Virus record (IMG/VR): IMGVR_UViG_3300020599_000169
Location: 1 to 31,520 of that record
Direction: 5' to 3' (one strand)
Length of the DNA stretch: 31,520 nucleotides
From: a virus
Lineage: Duplodnaviria; Caudoviricetes
In this document: positions 26,939-31,520 of the stretch, one piece after another
Layout of the letters: each line of letters begins with the position of its first letter
Numbering within the stretch: position 1 is the first letter of the stretch
Notes under the pieces: model-generated
The model's input: the letters and a program-made list of their open reading frames with translations, nothing else
The model's database searches: none
What the model was told of the DNA's origin: nothing
Position numbers and translations under genes: made by a program

Positions 26939-26960
26939 CTTTTGGATAAAATTCCGACAC
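26939..26960 (+). repeat. Putative recombination site 2
   Basis: CTTTTGGA-TAAAAT-TCCGACAC, intergenic, after an imperfect terminator hairpin. Confidence 0.45.
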
Positions 26961-27044
26961 ACTTATAAGTATTAATAAGTACAAATGTGTATTGATATTT
27001 ACTTGTAGATGTCAGACAATTATTACCAAGTGAGGTGATGTTGT

Positions 27045-27218
27045 TTGGCAACTAAAAGAGTGAACATCACGGTCGATCCAGTAATGCTCGATGAGTTTTA
27101 CAGACTGGCAGCTAAGAAAGGAATTAAATTTTCTACTTGGGTACAAGTCAAAATGGAAGAATTCATTGAGGAAGAGAAAATGATTGAAGAATATCGAAGG
27201 AAGAAGTACTCTGAATAG
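27045..27218 (+). CDS. Ribbon-helix-helix (CopG/Arc-like) DNA-binding protein (not in ORF track)
   Basis: MATKRVNITVDPVMLDEFYRLAAKKGIKFSTWVQVKMEEFI; GAGGTGA RBS; hairpin terminator 27204-27229. Confidence 0.8.
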   Translation: MATKRVNITVDPVMLDEFYRLAAKKGIKFSTWVQVKMEEFIEEEKMIEEYRRKKYSE

Positions 27219-27248
27219 GGTGCTTTTTTCTATGGGAGGAATATAAAA

Positions 27249-27398
27249 ATGACTCATGAACAAATTGAAAATGCAATCGTTGAAGCTAGACGAGAAGATG
27301 GAACATTTGATTATGAATTTGTAAAACAGATGAATGAGAAAGGTATTTGGTTTTCTTTTTTAGATTCAGGTGTTAGATGGAGTTATACTCCTTTTTAA
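27249..27398 (+). CDS. 49-aa hypothetical protein (not in ORF track)
   Basis: MTHEQIENAIVEARREDGTFDYEFVKQMNEKGIWFSFLDSGVRWSYTPF; GGGAGGA RBS. Confidence 0.7.
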   Translation: MTHEQIENAIVEARREDGTFDYEFVKQMNEKGIWFSFLDSGVRWSYTPF

Positions 27399-27432
27399 TT
27401 AATAAAGACTCACAAAAGTGAGCCTTGCGAAA

Positions 27433-27648
27433 TTAAGTATCTGTTCCACGAAATCCTCCTTCATCGGAACGAACACGCATGTTTTCCTTATTACAACCAG
27501 TCATTGTACGGCACTTAGGACATTGAACTGTATTACCAATCAATGTTGAAGTGTCAAAGGAATTCATGTCTCCGAAGAATATAGGAGAAGGAAACCAAGT
27601 GTTACAATTTTTATTAGTACATTTGATTTCAACACTTTTAGTTGACAT
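27433..27648 (-). CDS. Small zinc-ribbon protein
   Basis: CTNKNC...CPKC; AAAGGTGGTG RBS; convergent hairpin at 27404-27426. Confidence 0.75.
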   Translation of the reverse strand: MSTKSVEIKCTNKNCNTWFPSPIFFGDMNSFDTSTLIGNTVQCPKCRTMTGCNKENMRVRSDEGGFRGTDT

Positions 27649-27695
27649 ACTTACACCACCTTTACAAATATTAGGAACTATTCCCTTTTAGGACT

Positions 27696-27719
27696 TTCGA
27701 CATAACATGATTAATTCCT
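27696..27719 (-). promoter_or_regulatory. SigH-like promoter with TGTCGAA box
   Basis: Minus strand AGGAATTAATCATGTTATGTCGAA upstream of the 27648 gene. Confidence 0.55.
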
Positions 27720-27802
27720 TTATTTTTATGTCGCAATTGTAAGTATTAATGTTTAAAAGTGTTTATAAATGCTGATATACCAGTATTTGTGTCAATGCAA
27801 AG

Positions 27803-27824
27803 ACTGTGGAGAAAATTCCGCAGT
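27803..27824 (+). repeat. Putative recombination site 3 (imperfect palindrome)
   Basis: ACTGTGGA-GAAAAT-TCCGCAGT: 8-bp arms with one mismatch and an asymmetric 6-bp spacer. Confidence 0.5.
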
Positions 27825-27836
27825 AAATAAATTTAA

Positions 27837-27861
27837 AGGATATCACCTTAAGTATGTCGAA
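27837..27861 (+). promoter_or_regulatory. SigH-like promoter with TGTCGAA box
   Basis: AGGATATCACCTTAAGTATGTCGAA(T) upstream of the 27889 gene. Confidence 0.55.
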
Positions 27862-27888
27862 TAATGGATAATATTGGAGGTGATATTT

Positions 27889-28089
27889 TTGGTTATTGTA
27901 CATGGAACTATTCAAAATCGACCAAATCGCAATTCACTCGATTTTGAAATCGAGTTAAATGTAGAAAGTATTTCTGAAAAGGATATGCCTATACCGGAAT
28001 CAACAAAATTAATTGTAGATGCAATTAATAAAAAATATAAGGTTAATTATCCTTATTCAAGTTTTATCAACCCATTATTAATTAAATAA
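27889..28089 (+). CDS. Hypothetical protein
   Basis: TTG start behind GGAGGTGA; 66 aa. Confidence 0.7.
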   Translation: MVIVHGTIQNRPNRNSLDFEIELNVESISEKDMPIPESTKLIVDAINKKYKVNYPYSSFINPLLIK

Positions 28090-28094
28090 AACGT

Positions 28095-28133
28095 AAAAAA
28101 AGAGCATTCAGAATTAATCTGTTTGCTCTTTTT
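28095..28133. terminator. Bidirectional terminator
   Basis: AAAAGAGCA..CAGA-ATTAA-TCTG..TGCTCTTTT between convergent genes. Confidence 0.65.
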
Positions 28134-28332
28134 CTATTACAAGAAGATCTCCCGGGGTTACATTAAGGTATGTACAAAGTTTATTTAATAACTCTCTAGG
28201 GAATGTCTTACTTTCATCATTATAAAGTTGTCTAACTGACTCATATCTATAACCAATATCCTTCGAAACCTTTAATACAGATAATTCCCTTTCATCAAGG
28301 ATATTTTGAAGATTGGATTTAATCTTAACCAT
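28114..28332 (-). CDS. Cro/C1-type HTH regulator (YozG-like)
   Basis: MVKIKSNLQNILDERELSVLKVSKDIG...LNKLCTYLNVTPGDLL; ATG at 28332 behind AGGAGG. Confidence 0.88.
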   Translation of the reverse strand: MVKIKSNLQNILDERELSVLKVSKDIGYRYESVRQLYNDESKTFPRELLNKLCTYLNVTPGDLLVIEKEQTD

Positions 28333-28353
28333 ATCATCCCTCCTGATAAGATT

Positions 28354-28433
28354 ATACACGAAATTAGTGTAATTAGTCCTATTTACTCGAAAAAAGTGTA
28401 ATGATAACATAAAATTACACGAATTGCGAGTAA
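28354..28433. promoter_or_regulatory. Three 19-bp operators TTACAC-N7-GTGTAA and the recombinase promoter
   Basis: ATACACGAAATTAGTGTAA 28354, TTACTCGAAAAAAGTGTAA 28383, TTACACGAATTGCGAGTAA 28415; TTTACT, 17 bp, TAACAT with TG extension (28382-28410). Confidence 0.75.
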
Positions 28434-28447
28434 TCAAGGAGGGTAAT

Positions 28448-29440
28448 ATGATAAACGATACTGCTAGATTTATGAACGATTTAGAAGTTGTTGTTAGTAC
28501 ACTTGCCCCGGAGACAGAACAGGACAAGCTCTCTATACGATTAGAAGAGGTGTTGAGTAATTATGACATCCACAGAAAAACATTAAAAGATATTGAACTT
28601 GATCTCCAAGATAAAATTGAATTATTTCTATCTTCTAGAAAAATTGAGGGATTAACTCAAAAAACACTAGATGGATATAAGATTGAACTAGACCTTTTTG
28701 CAAAATTTGTTCAAAAACCTGTTGTACAAATAAATACATCTGATATCAGGAAGTACCTTGGCCATAACAATAAATTAATGATAAGTACAATAGATCGTAA
28801 GTTATCTGTTATAAAAACCTTCTTTGGATGGTTGGTGAGAGAGGAATTGTTATTACGGGATCCCTCCTTAAAGATTAAGGCTCCTAAAAAGCCTAAACGT
28901 TTACCAAAGAGCTTATCAATTGAAGAATTAGAGATTGTGAGAGAATCATGTATCACATTAAGAGAAAGAGCATTAATGGAGGTGATGTACTCCACTGGAT
29001 GCAGACTTTCTGAAATTCAAAATATGAAGATATCTGACATTAATACTCAAGAATTGAATCTTCATGTAATAGGTAAGGGAGACAAGGAAAGAGTTGTTTA
29101 TTTATCGATTAAAGCTCTACATCATTTAAGAAAATACTTGAATAGTAGAAATGATGATTGCGAGTATCTCTTTGTAACAGAGCGAAGGCCATTTAGAAAA
29201 ATGTCTAGTCGAAATATTGAGCGCATAATCGATATGATTGAGGAAAGAGCCAAGATATCAAAGAAACTAACTCCTCACACATTCAGACATACATTTGCAA
29301 CACTTGCAATGGAAAATGGTGCAGATCTAGCAGACGTTCAGCAATTATTAGGACACGAGGATCCAGCTACAACACTAGTTTATTCTCATGTATCAGAAGA
29401 GAGAAAGAAACAAGCACATAAAAAGTATCACGTACTTTAA
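28448..29440 (+). CDS. Tyrosine recombinase (XerD-like, with core-binding domain)
   Basis: YSTGCRLSE, VIGKGDKER, TPHTFRHTFAT, LLGHEDPATTLVY give the full R-K-H-R-H-Y set; AAGGAGG RBS. Confidence 0.95.
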   Translation: MINDTARFMNDLEVVVSTLAPETEQDKLSIRLEEVLSNYDIHRKTLKDIELDLQDKIELFLSSRKIEGLTQKTLDGYKIELDLFAKFVQKPVVQINTSDIRKYLGHNNKLMISTIDRKLSVIKTFFGWLVREELLLRDPSLKIKAPKKPKRLPKSLSIEELEIVRESCITLRERALMEVMYSTGCRLSEIQNMKISDINTQELNLHVIGKGDKERVVYLSIKALHHLRKYLNSRNDDCEYLFVTERRPFRKMSSRNIERIIDMIEERAKISKKLTPHTFRHTFATLAMENGADLADVQQLLGHEDPATTLVYSHVSEERKKQAHKKYHVL

Positions 29441-29466
29441 GTCCTCGTTGAGGGCTTATTTATTTT
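29438..29466 (+). terminator. Intrinsic terminator after the recombinase
   Basis: TAAGTCCTC-GTT-GAGGGCTTA followed by TTTATTTT. Confidence 0.7.
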
Positions 29467-29483
29467 ATAGTGGAGGTGAATAT

Positions 29484-31520
29484 ATGACTTTAAAATATAA
29501 CGAAGGTCAGACAGCAGTTTTTCTAAGAGATTTAACAGGTCAAGAATATCCTGCAATAGCAGTATTGAACAGAAAAAGAAGAGTAAACGGACAACGGGAA
29601 ATAACGTTGTCTTTTTTATATACAGATATAAATAAAGATTTTATGGACAAACTCGAATTTGGCTGGAAAGTATTATTCAAAAATGAAGAATACACCATCA
29701 CTAATCCTGGCATTAAAACAGATGGAGATTATTTTAGTGTTGGTGTAACAGCCATATTAAGTTTCTTTGTGGATTTAAACGGATATTATTTGCAAGATAA
29801 GGCAGAAGATAAATCCACGATAGCAACTGAGTTTTTTCATCAGATATTTGATGGAACTCCATTTTCATTTGTGCTAGTTGATAATTTCGCAGCAACTACA
29901 TTGACATACCAGGATAACCAAAGTCGAACAGAAAGGTTCTTGTATGGTATTGATCGTTATAATTGCGAATACAAAGTCCAAGGAAAAAATGTCTATCTAT
30001 ACAGTTTAGTAGGTTATGACAAAGATGTTATTTTACATGAAGATTTAAACATTAATGAAGTTAGTATTGAGATAGATGCAAGTGGATTCCATACCTGGGC
30101 AAAAGGGTTTGGTGATTTACCAGACGATGATACAAATGGGAACTATCAAATAGAAGTTGAATATCGTTCTCCTCTCATTGAAAAATATGGAGCAATTGAA
30201 GGTCCAGCTATTAAGGATGGTAACTATAAGGTAGCTGCAAATTTAACTAACGCAGTCAAAGAGCAAGTAGAAAATAGTTACAAGATGTCAACCACAATCA
30301 ATGCTGTGGACTTAACAAACAACGGCTATCCAGAAATGGTTTTAGAAGAAGGAGACCGTATATGGTTGTATGTCGATCGTCTTAATTTGAATCAACAAGT
30401 AAGAGTAATGGATATTGATGAGACCTTTGATTGGGAAGGGAATATCATCGATACCAATTATACTATTGGAAATGAGGGTATCGCTACTCGTTATAAAACC
30501 CAACAATATAATACATTAAAGGATTTCCAAGACATCTTATCCGGACGTAAACCAATTGCTTATAATTGGCTACCTCAAGAAGTAAAACGAGCATCGGATA
30601 TTATTAATGGTAATCAAGATAGCCTATTTAAGTATCTACCTGGTGAAATCATTGGTATTAATCAGAGTAATCCAAATGGATACATGAGATTCAATACAGA
30701 TGGATTGGGATTTAGTCGTGATGGAGGTAAAACATATCAAACAGCTATGACCTACGAAGGTATTGTAGCAGATGCAATTTTTACCGGTACTTTAAATGCT
30801 GCGCTTGTTCGAATATTAACTGGATTAACAAATGCTCGTATTGAAATGGACGGAGATGGATTCAGACAATATGATGTAAATGGGCGAGAGGTTATTAATT
30901 TTGATCCTGCATCTGAGTTTCCTACTTTCTTCGGTACTTTAGTTAAGGTGATTGCTGATAATGCTCTAGATTTAAATGGTATACAAATAGAAAACCCTTT
31001 TATCGGTGTAGACAGTCGTTTCGTTGCCCGTACTGATCCTGTTTTGGGTGAAGTTTCACAGATTGAAAGCTTCCAAAATGGCGTATACACTAATCCAATG
31101 CCAATTCATTTTAGAGCAAATTACATCGATATGTTCACGAGCGTTATAGCTGAAGTGAATATGAGAAGATTGTTTATCAAGGGCGGTTCCGATGCCTTAA
31201 CTATTGAAGCTAATAACGGTAATGGTTATATTGCCTTCCACAATGGGACCAATCGAACAGGCGAGATCGGTAATAAAGATACTACTACAAATGATATTTT
31301 AGTAGCTGCTATTACAACAGGAGCAAAGTTAGTGTTATTTGCTCAAGGTGGAATTATAGCCTTTACTGAAAGTGGCACCAATGGTCAACACATCAACACT
31401 GTGGATGACAATGCAAGGTGGAAGCAGTCAGTTAATAATCACATTACACAATTTACGAGTGGAAATGTTGAAATCTTTAAAAATGGTTTAATGCTCTTTA
31501 GGTTTAATTCCACAACTGAT
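29484..31520 (+). CDS. Tal / tail spike (prophage tail endopeptidase-like), truncated by the window end (not in ORF track)
   Basis: GGAGGTGA RBS; MTLKYNEG...RRVNGQREITLSF...TWAKGFG...EYRSPLIEKYG...GLGFSRDGGKTYQTAMTYEGIVAD; same frame at both ends, no stop noticed (not every codon checked). Confidence 0.85.
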   Translation, partial: MTLKYNEGQTAVFLRDLTGQEYPAIAVLNRKRRVNGQREITLSFLYTDINKDFMDKLEFGWKVLFKNEEYTITNPGIKTDGDYFSVGVTAILSFFVDLNGYYLQDKAEDKSTIATEFFHQIFDGTPFSFVLVDNFAATTLTYQDNQSRTERFLYGIDRYNCEYKVQGKNVYLYSLVGYDKDVILHEDLNINEVSIEIDASGFHTWAKGFGDLPDDDTNGNYQIEVEYRSPLIEKYGAIEGPAIKDGNYKVAANLTNAVKEQVENSYKMSTTINAVDLTNNGYPEMVLEEGDRIWLYVDRLNLNQQVRVMDIDETFDWEGNIIDTNYTIGNEGIATRYKTQQYNTLKDFQDILSGRKPIAYNWLPQEVKRASDIINGNQDSLFKYLPGEIIGINQSNPNGYMRFNTDGLGFSRDGGKTYQTAMTYEGIVADAIFTGTLNAALVRILTGLTNARIEMDGDGFRQYDVNGREVINFDPASEFPTFFGTLVKVIADNALDLNGIQIENPFIGVDSRFVARTDPVLGEVSQIESFQNGVYTNPMPIHFRANYIDMFTSVIAEVNMRRLFIKGGSDALTIEANNGNGYIAFHNGTNRTGEIGNKDTTTNDILVAAITTGAKLVLFAQGGIIAFTESGTNGQHINTVDDNARWKQSVNNHITQFTSGNVEIFKNGLMLFRFNSTTD

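Larger units (their letters stand above)
1..31520. mobile_element. Temperate siphovirus prophage/phage (Bacillaceae-type), internal segment; both ends lie outside the window
   Basis: Canonical module order: lysogeny, replication, late activator, packaging, head, tail; Firmicute-type strong RBSs (GGAGGTG). Confidence 0.97.

Noticed and set aside
24680-29440. Invertible tail-fibre shufflon
   Set aside because: Candidate sites are all in direct orientation and no alternative C-terminal cassette is present on the minus strand
28448-29440. Recombinase as the prophage integrase marking the prophage end
   Set aside because: Structural genes continue on both sides; the integrase is expected left of immA, outside the window. 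Not fully excluded
3906-31090. Shadow ORFs in the track (e.g. 3906-4268, 4527-4883, 10402-10815, 19947-20435, 21366-21713, 26790-26975, 27012-27263, 30752-31090)
   Set aside because: They overlap well-supported genes, mostly antisense, and lack RBSs or recognisable motifs
1-31520. CRISPR array, tRNA/rRNA, diversity-generating retroelement, intron or intein, IS element
   Set aside because: No regularly spaced repeats, no recognisable RNA genes, no reverse transcriptase or transposase; TerL, portal and capsid have normal lengths

Overview
The window is an internal part of a low-GC, Bacillaceae-type temperate siphophage or prophage with cos/HNH-type packaging genes. From left to right it holds: the lysogeny switch (ImmA-like protease, repressor, four operators, Cro), an antirepressor, replication and recombination genes (DnaD-type initiator, RecU, dimeric dUTPase), an Xpf-like late activator, packaging and head genes (HNH, TerS, TerL, portal, Clp protease, capsid), neck and tail genes, the tape measure protein and Dit. 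After Dit come an SGNH-domain tail protein, a ~2.8 kb accessory block with a tyrosine recombinase, and a Tal-like gene that runs off the right edge. The prophage integrase, att sites and lysis genes are not in the window. Top candidate system: virion protein O-glycosylation. The major capsid and major tail proteins both end in near-identical poly-Thr tails (T7-AGV and T8-SGV). A GT-A glycosyltransferase with GT96/GT95-like protein-O-glycosyltransferase motifs sits directly after the tail tube gene and is fused to a small virion-associated domain. Second candidate: a regulated tyrosine recombinase with short, directly repeated putative crossover sites, one in frame inside the SGNH tail gene, suggesting cassette exchange of tail payload and accessory genes. 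All family assignments come from motif recognition by eye; no searches were run.
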